A stretch of 63,777 nt of DNA, filler included, from an uncultured Methanosarcinales archaeon (GTDB taxonomy: Archaea > Nanobdellota > Nanobdellia > Woesearchaeales > CAZKBD01): assembly GCA_964550945.1 (NCBI GenBank). It is 3 parts of 3 records of this genome, joined end to end, with 100 filler letters (N's around TTAATTAATTAA, not from the genome) between each part and the next. Parts side by side here need not be neighbours in the genome. Positions count along the whole stretch, not along the records: positions 1 to 28,270 come from CAZKBD010000014.1; 2 more parts are not named here. The stretch is one strand, 5' to 3'. The notes beneath the pieces are model-generated. The model saw only the letters and a program-made list of their open reading frames with translations. It had not been told where the DNA came from and ran no database searches. Shown piece after piece: positions 1-8,816 of the stretch. The position numbers and the translations under genes were made by a program. The first letter of the stretch is position 1; each line of letters begins with the position of its first letter.

Positions 1-88
1 CTTGCTTTGCACAGCCAACTAACAATATTAAGGCAGCTAGAAAAAAAGCCATATTTATTCTCCAATTATTCCATCTAATTCCATCCAT
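1..88 (-). CDS. N-terminus of a putative lipoprotein (runs off window)
   Basis: Manual translation MDGIRWNNWRINMAFFLAALILLVGCAKQ: hydrophobic stretch plus LVGC lipobox-like motif; start uncertain. Confidence 0.5.
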   Translation of the reverse strand, partial: MDGIRWNNWRINMAFFLAALILLVGCAKQ

Positions 89-203
89 AATTACATCCTC
101 CGCATCCAGTGCAGGTTAAGCACCTCTTTGTTTTGCTGGTTTCATACCTAACTTGATTATTATAATCGCTATTTGAAGAATAGCTTTGTGAAGAGTAGTC
201 CAT
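75..203 (-). CDS. 42-aa Cys-cluster peptide (CxxCxxCxxC)
   Basis: Manual translation MDYSSQSYSSNSDYNNQVRYETSKTKRCLTCTGCGGCNYGWN*; ATG 1 nt after the upstream stop; overlaps the next ORF. Confidence 0.6.
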   Translation of the reverse strand: MDYSSQSYSSNSDYNNQVRYETSKTKRCLTCTGCGGCNYGWN

Positions 204-204
204 T

Positions 205-699
205 TTATCCTCCGTCAGCCATCCAGCCTTCCTCTTCTGTGTAAAATGCAGTGGGGTTTTTTATAAATTCGTAGGCTTTCTGGATTAACTCGTAATGGGC
301 ATTTTCCTGGTCCATCAAAACACTGAAAAATTTTTTCAATTCTTCATCTTTTGTACTGATGTTTTGTTTTTTATAAAATTCATAAGAGCTTTTTTCCAGC
401 TCAAGGGCAGTTTCATGCGCTTTTATATCATCTTTGCTAAGAGCAGTCTTTTTTCTGAATTCCTTGACAGTCATTGTGAAGAATTCTTTTGTGTGGCTAG
501 GAGCTTCTCCTCCTAATTCTATTTGGTTATTTTCCAAATAATCCTTGATTCCCTGGATATGGGAAAGCTCTTGATCAGCTAAATAACTAAATGTCTCTGC
601 TACAATCTGGTTTTTTGTTTTTTTTGCAATCTCCTCATAAATATCATGGCCTTTTTGCTCAAAGTCAAGAGCTTTATTCAACGCTTCTTTTAATTCCAT
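205..699 (-). CDS. Ferritin-like / rubrerythrin-family di-iron protein
   Basis: Duplicated E..ExxH pattern (ELSH, ENAH); GGTGA RBS. Confidence 0.85.
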   Translation of the reverse strand: MELKEALNKALDFEQKGHDIYEEIAKKTKNQIVAETFSYLADQELSHIQGIKDYLENNQIELGGEAPSHTKEFFTMTVKEFRKKTALSKDDIKAHETALELEKSSYEFYKKQNISTKDEELKKFFSVLMDQENAHYELIQKAYEFIKNPTAFYTEEEGWMADGG

Positions 700-741
700 A
701 GATAATCACCTTCACCTAATCTTAGCGATATAACCATACAT

Positions 742-1314
742 TTAATACTTTCTTTTTCTCTGGCCTATGGCCTCCAGCATCTGCATGCTTAATCTAGACA
801 TCTCAACCGGATGCTCTGCATATTCGTCCTCATCATAATGGTCGGCTTCATGAGGAATCCCGTCACCATAAGGATTTGTTATTGCTGAGGGCTCAGGATT
901 TACATCATAAAGATCAACTGAGCCGGTTAAATATGCGCCTTGTGGATTGATTCCATAGGCATTTTTCATATCGGTCTGGGATATAATAGCTTTATAAAAA
1001 TTTGCATTAGCAAGGTTAGCCTGCGAAAGATCGCTATTTTCAATTCTTGAATATGAAAAGTTTACTTCATGCAAATCAAAGCCGTAGAAGCTGCCTTTTA
1101 TGTCCATTCCTGAAAGGTCTGCATGCGACAAATCAGGCTCTTCTAGCTCAATTCTTTTTGTCTTGGATGTTTGCTTCTTTTCTTTCTGTTTCTTAAGATT
1201 TATTGTGTGGACATTTCCTTTGTTATTGACCACAATTTCTATAATTCCCTCTATTTTGCCTAGCCTTAATTTTTCTATCAGTCCGTTGATCGATTCGACA
1301 TCTTTTGATATCAT
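742..1314 (-). CDS. Pentapeptide-repeat protein
   Basis: ADLSG / SDLSQ / ANLAN / ANFYK repeats; acidic His-containing tail. Confidence 0.75.
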   Translation of the reverse strand: MISKDVESINGLIEKLRLGKIEGIIEIVVNNKGNVHTINLKKQKEKKQTSKTKRIELEEPDLSHADLSGMDIKGSFYGFDLHEVNFSYSRIENSDLSQANLANANFYKAIISQTDMKNAYGINPQGAYLTGSVDLYDVNPEPSAITNPYGDGIPHEADHYDEDEYAEHPVEMSRLSMQMLEAIGQRKRKY

Positions 1315-1426
1315 AATCCTTAAGCGCGTTTCTGCATTAGTTTAAACCCCAATCAAACTTATCCAGACAATCATACTATCAAATCTAATCACCTTATCTA
1401 TATAATGTCTTATTTAGGAGGGGTTG

Positions 1427-1660
1427 TTATGCCTCTAATGCATCATCTATGGCAACCTTATCAAATCCAACAATTATATTGCCATCTATATCAAGTACAG
1501 GAACTCCTAACTGCCCTGATTTCTCTACCATCTCATCTCTTCCAATATTGTCTGACGATACATCAATACTCTTGAATTTGACTCCCTTCTTTGCCAAGTA
1601 ATCCTTTGCCTTATCGCACCAAGGGCATGTTGGTGTTGAGTATACTGTTACATCTGCCAT
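1427..1660 (-). CDS. Glutaredoxin (NrdH/YruB-like)
   Basis: YSTPTCPWC, GVPV, IVGFD motifs; GGAGG RBS. Confidence 0.92.
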   Translation of the reverse strand: MADVTVYSTPTCPWCDKAKDYLAKKGVKFKSIDVSSDNIGRDEMVEKSGQLGVPVLDIDGNIIVGFDKVAIDDALEA

Positions 1661-1671
1661 TTTTTACCTCC

Positions 1672-2106
1672 TTACTTTCTTATATTGTCAAATATCCTTT
1701 GTTTCTCTTTCTCTGAAAGCTTTTCATCCAATTCAGGGTAAAACAAGCGCTCTTCAACATTTTTGTGATGCCTTAGCACTAAATAGAGTTCAGATGCATC
1801 TATTGCCGCGCCATTTCTTATTGAAACAGAGATATTATCTAAAATACCAATCATTCTTCTGTGGTCTAATTTCAGTGATTCAGCAATTGGCAAATGGTCA
1901 TTCCTTTTTTTAAATGCCAAATTTATTATTTTCTCTTCTGTACTGAAATGATCTCTTAGCCCATTGTCTAATTTGTTGAACAATGCTTTGGAGTTTTTCG
2001 AGTCTCTGTCTTTTGAGTTTTTGACATCATTGAATATTTCAGCTAAGCGTTCATGGTCTTTGACCATAAGCCCAGTAATAGTGGATATGCTTCTCATTTT
2101 GCGCAC
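1672..2106 (-). CDS. Hemerythrin-domain (HHE) protein
   Basis: DH, HFSTEE, DH, HKNVEERLFYP motifs. Confidence 0.85.
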   Translation of the reverse strand: MRKMRSISTITGLMVKDHERLAEIFNDVKNSKDRDSKNSKALFNKLDNGLRDHFSTEEKIINLAFKKRNDHLPIAESLKLDHRRMIGILDNISVSIRNGAAIDASELYLVLRHHKNVEERLFYPELDEKLSEKEKQRIFDNIRK

Positions 2107-2118
2107 CTCTTTTCCTAT

Positions 2119-2949
2119 TTATTCTTTTATAGATCCATCTATCCCGACAACAGCTTTTTTTAAAGTAATCCTTTTTCCGGATTCGCCTAAAGCTTGTTCA
2201 ACAGCGTTATACATACCATAACAACAGGGAACTTCCATTATCGCAACTGTGATAGTGTTTAAGTCGTTCATCTCTATTATTGATTTAATCTTTTCTTTGT
2301 ACCCTTCTATATCGTCGAGTTTAGGGCAGCCTATTGCAACAGCCTTTCCCTTCAACATTCTGTTGTGGAAGTTGGGATTTGCGAAAGGAACGCAATCTGC
2401 CGCAATAAGCAGGTCAGCATTCCTGAAAAATGGAGCTGATGGGGGCAATAAATTAAGCTGGACAGGCCATTGCCTAAGCTCTGATTCCTGCTCTGAAACA
2501 GATTTAGCGGTTTGCTTGGGGGATTCTTTCCTTAAATCCCTTAGGGTAGCGCCAGGGCATCCGCCTGTATGCGAACAATCTTCAACTAAATCAGGAATCT
2601 TGGTATTCTTTTCTTTTAAAAAATCGATAGCCTGATTGTAATACCCTGTTTCGCCATGATCTTTTAGATGAGATAGGTGGGCTTTTATGGTATTTTTTCC
2701 TTGTTTTACAATGTTTTCCATAACCTTCTTTTCATCGTAAGGCTTTGCTTCCCTCTCTTCTATTATAATTGCTCCTTGTGGGCAATGGCCAATACATGCA
2801 CCAAGCCCGTCACAAAATAGGTCACTTATCAATCTCGCTTTGCCATCTATCACTTTCAATGCTCCTTCAGGGCAGTTTGGGATGCAAAGCCCGCAGCCGT
2901 TGCACTTTTTCTCATTGATTTTTATTATCTTTCTTTTTGCCATTTTCAT
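2119..2949 (-). CDS. 4Fe-4S ferredoxin-domain protein with Cys-rich C-terminal domain
   Basis: CNGCGLCIPNCP and CDGLGACIGHCP; WPVQL, ADC, GCPKLD, MEVPCC motifs. Confidence 0.88.
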   Translation of the reverse strand: MKMAKRKIIKINEKKCNGCGLCIPNCPEGALKVIDGKARLISDLFCDGLGACIGHCPQGAIIIEEREAKPYDEKKVMENIVKQGKNTIKAHLSHLKDHGETGYYNQAIDFLKEKNTKIPDLVEDCSHTGGCPGATLRDLRKESPKQTAKSVSEQESELRQWPVQLNLLPPSAPFFRNADLLIAADCVPFANPNFHNRMLKGKAVAIGCPKLDDIEGYKEKIKSIIEMNDLNTITVAIMEVPCCYGMYNAVEQALGESGKRITLKKAVVGIDGSIKE

Positions 2950-3427
2950 TCATCCTCTTGTTTAGCAACTTCTTTGCTGAATTTCTCACATCTGCATCAT
3001 AAAAACTAGTGATTATATCTTTCCATCTGAATCCGGGATTTGCATTATAATATATAAATTCTTCACCTGAGAACATAGCTAAGCGGTCTGAGTCATAGAG
3101 TATCTTGAATAAATCATCTGGATTCTCCAACCGTTCATGATGTTTTGTTATGATCATACAGATGATGCTAATGTCAAGAGCAGGGCATTTTAGCCTTTCC
3201 AGCAGTCTCTTAGCTATAACAGGCCCTTTTTGGTATTGCGCTCTTATTGATGAGCCACCAACGTCATGCAAAACAATCAGTGAGAATACAATCTCCCTAT
3301 TGAACTTGCTTAGCCTATATCGGTGGTAATTTTTTTTTGCTATATCCAATACTCTTATTGTATGGCCCACACCCAACTCATTTTTTTCTAGATAGGGTTC
3401 AGCAAGCTCAAGCAATTTTTTGTGCAT
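2912..3427 (-). CDS. HD-domain protein
   Basis: GHTIRV, LHDVG, HH and DSD motifs. Confidence 0.8.
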   Translation of the reverse strand: MHKKLLELAEPYLEKNELGVGHTIRVLDIAKKNYHRYRLSKFNREIVFSLIVLHDVGGSSIRAQYQKGPVIAKRLLERLKCPALDISIICMIITKHHERLENPDDLFKILYDSDRLAMFSGEEFIYYNANPGFRWKDIITSFYDADVRNSAKKLLNKRMNENGKKKDNKNQ

Positions 3428-3486
3428 AACAACACCTAATTATAAAAGATAAAATAAATAAAAACATTTAATCTTATTTTGTTCTT

Positions 3487-3510
3487 TTAACAACATCCAT
3501 CGCCACACAT
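3487..3510 (-). CDS. Putative 7-aa micro-ORF MCGDGCC
   Basis: ATG TGT GGC GAT GGA TGT TGT TAA; perfect GGAGGTGA RBS (3516-3523) 5 nt upstream. Confidence 0.5.
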   Translation of the reverse strand: MCGDGCC

Positions 3511-3592
3511 AGCAATCACCTCCGCACTGTTTGTATCATATTAAGATTAAGTAAATAGCCGGGGGAGGAAAGAGGGTCCTAAACCTTGCTAT

Positions 3593-3730
3593 TCACCTAA
3601 TCTGATTGATTAGCAGATCTTTTTGTATTTGCTGTACAATGTTGGTTGTGTCAAACAAACTATCAAACTCTGATTCTATTGTTTCTGTCTCAAAGCATTT
3701 TCCTTTTTGGCATACAATGTTTTGTTTCAT
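3593..3730 (-). CDS. 45-aa hypothetical protein
   Basis: Manual translation MKQNIVCQKGKCFETETIESEFDSLFDTTNIVQQIQKDLLINQIR*; co-oriented with neighbours. Confidence 0.5.
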   Translation of the reverse strand: MKQNIVCQKGKCFETETIESEFDSLFDTTNIVQQIQKDLLINQIR

Positions 3731-3836
3731 GTCAAGAACCGCCCCACTAAAGTGGGGGCGTGTTCTTGAGCACAGTCAGAAATCGCCCTCTTACTCTCCG
3801 AACTGAAGTTGGGAGATTGCGAGTGGCGATTTCTGA
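3731..3836 (-). repeat. Double-hairpin palindromic element, copy A
   Basis: Minus strand TCAGAAATCGCC..GGCGATTTCTGA CTGTGC TCAAGAAC..GTTCTTGAC; TGTTTCA at 3723-3729 and 3837-3843. Confidence 0.75.
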
Positions 3837-3840
3837 TGTT

Positions 3841-4071
3841 TCAAACCACCTTTATCTTTTCATTAATATCTCTAACAAGCTTGTTTACATCAATACCATG
3901 GCCAATTGCTCCTTGCTCAATGGTTTCCCAGGTTGCGACATGGCAGCCAACGCAGTGCAAGCCATGTTCCAGCATTATCCCTATTGACTCAGGGTATTTC
4001 TTTACAACTTCTCCTATCAGCATGTCTTTTGAGATGTTTTCTTTTTTTGTCGTAATCGTTATTTTTTTCAT
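3841..4071 (-). CDS. DUF1858-domain redox protein
   Basis: IGEVVKKYPE and GLHCVGC..ETIEQGAIGHG motifs. Confidence 0.88.
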   Translation of the reverse strand: MKKITITTKKENISKDMLIGEVVKKYPESIGIMLEHGLHCVGCHVATWETIEQGAIGHGIDVNKLVRDINEKIKVV

Positions 4072-4251
4072 AGCTAATTCTGAATCAAGAATATATATAA
4101 ACTTAATTACTTTTGAATATAAGAAAAAATGGTAAAATCATTATAAATAAAAGGAAAAATATATAAACACTAATCATTTATTGATTAAACTATAGGAAAA
4201 GACATTAATTTTTGTATATAATAAATAATATAGTAATGCCTTTTCCTAATA

Positions 4252-4304
4252 CATAAAAATTGATTTGCAATTTTTAGTACAAGAAATGCTTAAGCATTTC
4301 TATG
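4252..4304 (-). repeat. Compact double-hairpin element, probable family member
   Basis: Minus strand AGAAATGCTTAAGCATTTCT TGTAC TAAAAATTG..CAATTTTTA; 4282-4301 is a perfect 20-bp palindrome. Confidence 0.5.
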
Positions 4305-4385
4305 TAAGCAAAGGACAAATAGATTATATGGACTTACGATTATTAGTGTCCTTTGCTATAAATGAAATAAGGCGATCAAATCCGC

Positions 4386-5240
4386 ATGAAGGCAATAAAA
4401 AGAATTTTACAAGCGCAGAGGAATGAGATCACAGAGCACTATATCTACAATAAACTATCTCTTTCTACAAAAGAAAAGCATAACAAAAAAATACTAGGAA
4501 AAATAGCGAATGACGAGTTAAAACACTATAATATATTGAAGAGGCATACAAAAAAAGAAATAAAGCCGAATAGGCTGAAAATCTGGAAATATTACATCAT
4601 CTCTAAACTTCTTGGCTTGACCTTTGGTGTCAAGCTTATGGAAAATGGAGAAAAAAAAGCCCAGATATCATATGCCACTATCGGCACAGCTGATGCAAAA
4701 AATATTGCGCAGGAGGAAAAGGAGCACGAGAAAAAATTGATTGATATGATTGACGAGGAACGCTTAAAATATGTCAGCTCTATTGTTCTCGGACTGAATG
4801 ATGCTTTGGTTGAATTAACCGGAGCGCTTGCTGGATTTTCATTGGCTTTGCAGCAGACAAAGCTTGTGGCAATTACTGGGCTTATAACAGGGATTGCTGC
4901 TTCTTTATCTATGGGCGCATCAGAATACCTGTCAACCCAATCGGAAGGGGGCCAGAAAAACCCATTAAAGGCCTCTATATACACTACTTTTGCTTATGTG
5001 TTGACAGTAATGTTTCTGATATCCCCATATCTAATTTTTAAGAACGTTTATTTCGCTTTGTTCATCACGCTATTAAATGCGATTATAGTGATACTTGTAT
5101 TTACATTCTATATCTCAGTTGCAAAGGATTTTTCATTTAAAAAAAGATTTTGGGAGATGGCTTTGGTCAGCTTAAGCGTGGCTGCTGTATCTTTCGGCAT
5201 CGGCTTGTTGGTAAGGCTATTCTTTAATGTGGAGGTATGA
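4386..5240 (+). CDS. Ferritin-like/VIT1-CCC1 fusion, putative iron exporter
   Basis: N-terminal DELKH and EEKEHE; C-terminal VLGLNDALVE and SMGASEYLS with TM helices. Confidence 0.9.
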   Translation: MKAIKRILQAQRNEITEHYIYNKLSLSTKEKHNKKILGKIANDELKHYNILKRHTKKEIKPNRLKIWKYYIISKLLGLTFGVKLMENGEKKAQISYATIGTADAKNIAQEEKEHEKKLIDMIDEERLKYVSSIVLGLNDALVELTGALAGFSLALQQTKLVAITGLITGIAASLSMGASEYLSTQSEGGQKNPLKASIYTTFAYVLTVMFLISPYLIFKNVYFALFITLLNAIIVILVFTFYISVAKDFSFKKRFWEMALVSLSVAAVSFGIGLLVRLFFNVEV

Positions 5241-5241
5241 A

Positions 5242-5805
5242 ATGCCTAAAAGCGCGTTCCAAAAATTGGATGAATTCAAGAAAAAAATCCATTTTAATGA
5301 AAAGCTTGGGCTGGATGATAGAGACACAACTATCCTCTCATTGGTGCAAAAAAATCCAAATGTCTCGCAAGAGGAAATTGCCAGAAAAATAAAGCTGTCT
5401 CAGCCTTCTGTCGGCGCAAGAATAAGAAAGCTCCAGGAGAAAGGGATTTTATATAATGTTAATGGAGTGAATTTTAGGGTGGTAGATCTGAGTTTAGCTA
5501 AAGTGGATGTGAATGCGACAGACACAGCAGCAATGATCAGCGAGTTTAAGGACTGCCCTTTTTTTATTAATGCGTTAATCACGTCTGGAAGGCATAATCT
5601 CTGCCTGCTCTTTATGGCTACTGACCTTAAGAGGCTGGAATGTATCGTAAATTACCATCTAAGAGGGAACCCTAAAGTAAAAGATGTGGAATTGAATATT
5701 GTCATATCAACTGCTAAGGATTTTGTTTTGCCATTAAATATAGATTATGAGAATAAAAGGCAGCTTGAATGCGACCAGAGATGCATAGATTCTTTGCCTA
5801 AATAA
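5242..5805 (+). CDS. Lrp/AsnC-family transcriptional regulator
   Basis: LDDRD..SQEEIARKIKLSQPSVGARIRKL HTH; Cys-containing tail. Confidence 0.85.
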   Translation: MPKSAFQKLDEFKKKIHFNEKLGLDDRDTTILSLVQKNPNVSQEEIARKIKLSQPSVGARIRKLQEKGILYNVNGVNFRVVDLSLAKVDVNATDTAAMISEFKDCPFFINALITSGRHNLCLLFMATDLKRLECIVNYHLRGNPKVKDVELNIVISTAKDFVLPLNIDYENKRQLECDQRCIDSLPK

Positions 5806-6862
5806 TATTTATTACGCTTTCTTTTTTATTGATCTCAAATATATTTCCTAAAAACTTCTCAACAACATAGATATTTGTTAATGTATGGTTAGTTATTTCA
5901 GTTGTTTTTATCTTTCCACCAAACAATGCAAGCCAGGGAACAAGGTTATCTGCCAGATGATTGTCAACCGGCGCTTTTTGATTTATCTCTTTTATCAGGC
6001 TATTGGCAGCTTCCTGGCCAACTAATTCTGCTTTTTTTCCTAATTCGCCAAGACTGTCTGCTCCTATTGCTGCTCCTGAAGAAAATGCTGCCCATAAAGT
6101 GATTCCTGAGCCTGGGCAAGCAGCGTTGTTGTATTCTGCCTGGATGTTGACTGGGCAATTTAATCTATTCAGAATAAGTTTCGCAGATCTTGCCTGCCTT
6201 TCTGCGACTTCTGCTTTTTCAAGGAATTTTGAAGCGTGCGATATTCCGTTAATCTTAACTAGACTTCCTTGTTCAGTCAATTCAATCTTCTTATTTTCTT
6301 TTCTTAAATATCCTGATAATCCATCAAAATCATTGAAATTGTTCATCCTGTAGGCCGGATTTATTTTGATTTCAACCTCTCCCTGGCCTTTTGGATAATA
6401 GCCGCGGTTTATCAGCTTGGCATCAATATTTGCATATTTTTTTATTATAGGAAGAAGTATGCTTGTAAAATAATCCCAAGGCATGCTCCATTGGGTATCA
6501 CTGCCACCTTTAATATTTAGCTTGATCTTTTTATCTAAAAAGAAGCAAGGCAATAGTAATGATTGCAATAATAAAGTGATTGAGCCAGCTGTTCCAATAT
6601 CAATAGTTAGGTCTTTGGCTTTAATGTCCTTTGGAGTAAACTTAAGATGGTCAGAGCCAAGCTCTGCTCCTTCAACATCCGCATTACAAAGCTCCTGCAA
6701 GGCTTTTATGCAGTATAAGTGCTGGTTTTTCAATCCAGGCTGTTTTCTTCCTTTCCTTATATCTTTCACTTCAAATGGCTGTTTAGTTAATGTGGATAAA
6801 GCTAGAGCTGTCCTTGCGATTTGGCCTCCGCCCTCAAGATAATTGCCATCTAAATATATCAT
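5798..6862 (-). CDS. rtcA: RNA 3'-terminal phosphate cyclase
   Basis: EGGGQIAR, RGYYPKG and VDNHLAD motifs. Confidence 0.95.
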   Translation of the reverse strand: MIYLDGNYLEGGGQIARTALALSTLTKQPFEVKDIRKGRKQPGLKNQHLYCIKALQELCNADVEGAELGSDHLKFTPKDIKAKDLTIDIGTAGSITLLLQSLLLPCFFLDKKIKLNIKGGSDTQWSMPWDYFTSILLPIIKKYANIDAKLINRGYYPKGQGEVEIKINPAYRMNNFNDFDGLSGYLRKENKKIELTEQGSLVKINGISHASKFLEKAEVAERQARSAKLILNRLNCPVNIQAEYNNAACPGSGITLWAAFSSGAAIGADSLGELGKKAELVGQEAANSLIKEINQKAPVDNHLADNLVPWLALFGGKIKTTEITNHTLTNIYVVEKFLGNIFEINKKESVINII

Positions 6863-6895
6863 GAAAATAAAAGAAAAAGAACAACTATATAATAA

Positions 6896-7129
6896 TTACC
6901 AATTAATGTCATCTAATTCTTTGTCCAAGTTTTCTAAATCACTAGAATCTAAATCTGCATTAATCGTGTCAATACCCTCAATCCCTGATTCAACATCTTC
7001 TGTTAATGGCGTATCAGGAGTTACTTGAGCAGCAGGCGTTGCTGCTTCTGGTTTTTGTTCAGGCTTTGTCTCCTTGCACGATACTAACAGCACAGCCAAA
7101 ATAAGGATTATTGCGATTGCTTTTTTCAT
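6896..7129 (-). CDS. Small acidic lipoprotein
   Basis: Signal peptide with LVSC lipobox; ATGA overlap with upstream gene. Confidence 0.7.
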   Translation of the reverse strand: MKKAIAIILILAVLLVSCKETKPEQKPEAATPAAQVTPDTPLTEDVESGIEGIDTINADLDSSDLENLDKELDDINW

Positions 7130-8358
7130 ATTGATTCACCTTGTTCTGTTATTTCATCTCCACCTTGCGCTTGGGTGTTTTCTTCGTCTTCTTCTGTTTT
7201 GTTTGTCGGAAGATCATCATCTTCTTGGTCTTCTCCAATTCCTTCTTGCTCGCCTGTTCCTTCGTTTTCTCCAGCCCCTTCGTCACTTGTTTCATCTTCA
7301 TCTTCTTCCTCAGCAGTTCCTTCATCGCTCTCTTCTTGCTTGCCTATCCCTTCTGCTGTTTCCTCATCTTCCAGCTCTTTATTGCCATTAGCTTGTTTTA
7401 TCGCTAAAACAATGTCCCTTAATTTCTTCTGAGCATCCTGTAATGATTTATGCGCGGCTTTCATGCTGGATTGGGCTTCTCTAATAAACTCTGTGTTAAC
7501 TGGATCAGACTGCTTTGCTTCATTGAATTTTGCAATAGCAGCATTGTAGCTAGTTTTTGCGTCGCCAATCAAACTATTGAATTCGTCGATCAGGGGGCTT
7601 ATAGCAGTGGTGTTTTTTCCATCAGCTTCCATCCTCTCAATGATCTTTTGCAGTTTTGTTGTTAGCTGCTCAGATTTAACTATTATTCCGCCGATTCTGG
7701 CATTTACAATCTGGCCTGAATGTATCTTTGCACTATCCTTTATTTTAAGCCAAGCTTCTTTTAGCGTCTTTACAGCTTCTTTTATCTCTTCTTTTGAATT
7801 AGAGGTTTCAATTACGGCTTTTGCCTGCTCAACTGAGGCTATCTGCTCTTCAATTTTGGCAAGAATCTCGTTTGCTTCTTCTTCAGTCAAGTCTTCATTT
7901 TCCTCTACTCTTGATTTTAATTTGTTTAAATGCTCCAAAATAGCATCTGCCGAATTAATTAAATGCTCCTTTGCTTTTTCTTTTATTTCATCCTTATATT
8001 GATTGCATGTAGAATTCTCACTGCTTTGGCATTCTTTTACCTTATCTTTTATTTCAGAGAATTTCTGCTGCGTTGCCTGATATTTTAATCTTGCAGCCAA
8101 AAAATTCTCTTTTGCTTTTAAGAAATTTGATCTTGCCTTCTCCACTTTAATCTTGGTTAAGGCTCTTGCCTTGAATTCAAGGTTTGCGTTGAATTTTGTA
8201 ATATCTGAATCGTTTATCTTCTGAGCCCTTTCCTGTATTTTCTGCTGTATTTTCGCAGCATCTACAGGCTTATCAGCCCTATTCTCTGCGCTTGCTGTTG
8301 CAGCAAGGCTTAACAAAAATAACGATAATACAAAAATTCCAATAACTGTTTTTTTCAT
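7126..8358 (-). CDS. Secreted long alpha-helical protein with acidic tail
   Basis: Signal peptide, coiled-coil-like body, E/D-rich C-terminus; GGTGA RBS. Confidence 0.75.
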   Translation of the reverse strand: MKKTVIGIFVLSLFLLSLAATASAENRADKPVDAAKIQQKIQERAQKINDSDITKFNANLEFKARALTKIKVEKARSNFLKAKENFLAARLKYQATQQKFSEIKDKVKECQSSENSTCNQYKDEIKEKAKEHLINSADAILEHLNKLKSRVEENEDLTEEEANEILAKIEEQIASVEQAKAVIETSNSKEEIKEAVKTLKEAWLKIKDSAKIHSGQIVNARIGGIIVKSEQLTTKLQKIIERMEADGKNTTAISPLIDEFNSLIGDAKTSYNAAIAKFNEAKQSDPVNTEFIREAQSSMKAAHKSLQDAQKKLRDIVLAIKQANGNKELEDEETAEGIGKQEESDEGTAEEEDEDETSDEGAGENEGTGEQEGIGEDQEDDDLPTNKTEEDEENTQAQGGDEITEQGESI

Positions 8359-8416
8359 TTTAAATCACCTGTGCAGTTGAAAGTGGCTTTTATTTATAAA
8401 TTTATCCCAAGAAGAA

Positions 8417-8779
8417 TCACTTGAACACTGTCTGCAATTTTTTTGTGTAGCTGATGGGATCTTTTTCCTTTAATTTTCTTATCAGGTTGAAATAAGGCAG
8501 AACTTCTTTTTCAATCTCCTTAAACAATCTCTCTCCTCTTCTTGTCAATTCCACCTCTTTGTTATCATAAGTGATTAATCTCTTTTTTTCTAATATCTCT
8601 AGATTTCTGTATAATGCCCGCTCTTGTTTTTTCGCTATCTCTGCTTTTTTTACCAAATCGATAAACGAAACCTTACTTATAGAAACAGCTAATCGCTTGT
8701 CTTTAATCTTATCATTCGCTTCCTCAAACCATTTGCCTAAAGCGTAGAGTATATATTTCTGAACTTTTGAAACCTTCAT
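8417..8779 (-). CDS. Winged-helix-like hypothetical protein
   Basis: ALYRNLEILEKKRLITY..LTRRG pattern. Confidence 0.6.
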   Translation of the reverse strand: MKVSKVQKYILYALGKWFEEANDKIKDKRLAVSISKVSFIDLVKKAEIAKKQERALYRNLEILEKKRLITYDNKEVELTRRGERLFKEIEKEVLPYFNLIRKLKEKDPISYTKKLQTVFK

Positions 8780-8816
8780 ATATTGATGACTGGGGATAAT
8801 AGATATAAAAAAGTTG

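Noticed and set aside
1315..1400. Tiny ORFs such as MIVWISLIGV after a GGTGA
   Set aside because: RBS spacing does not fit the ATG; expected by chance
3606..4135. Plus-strand ORFs of 66-108 aa
   Set aside because: They run across the palindromic element and antisense to DUF1858, with no motif or RBS
7141..7380. TCTTC-rich repetitive stretch
   Set aside because: Explained by Glu/Asp codons in the acidic protein tail
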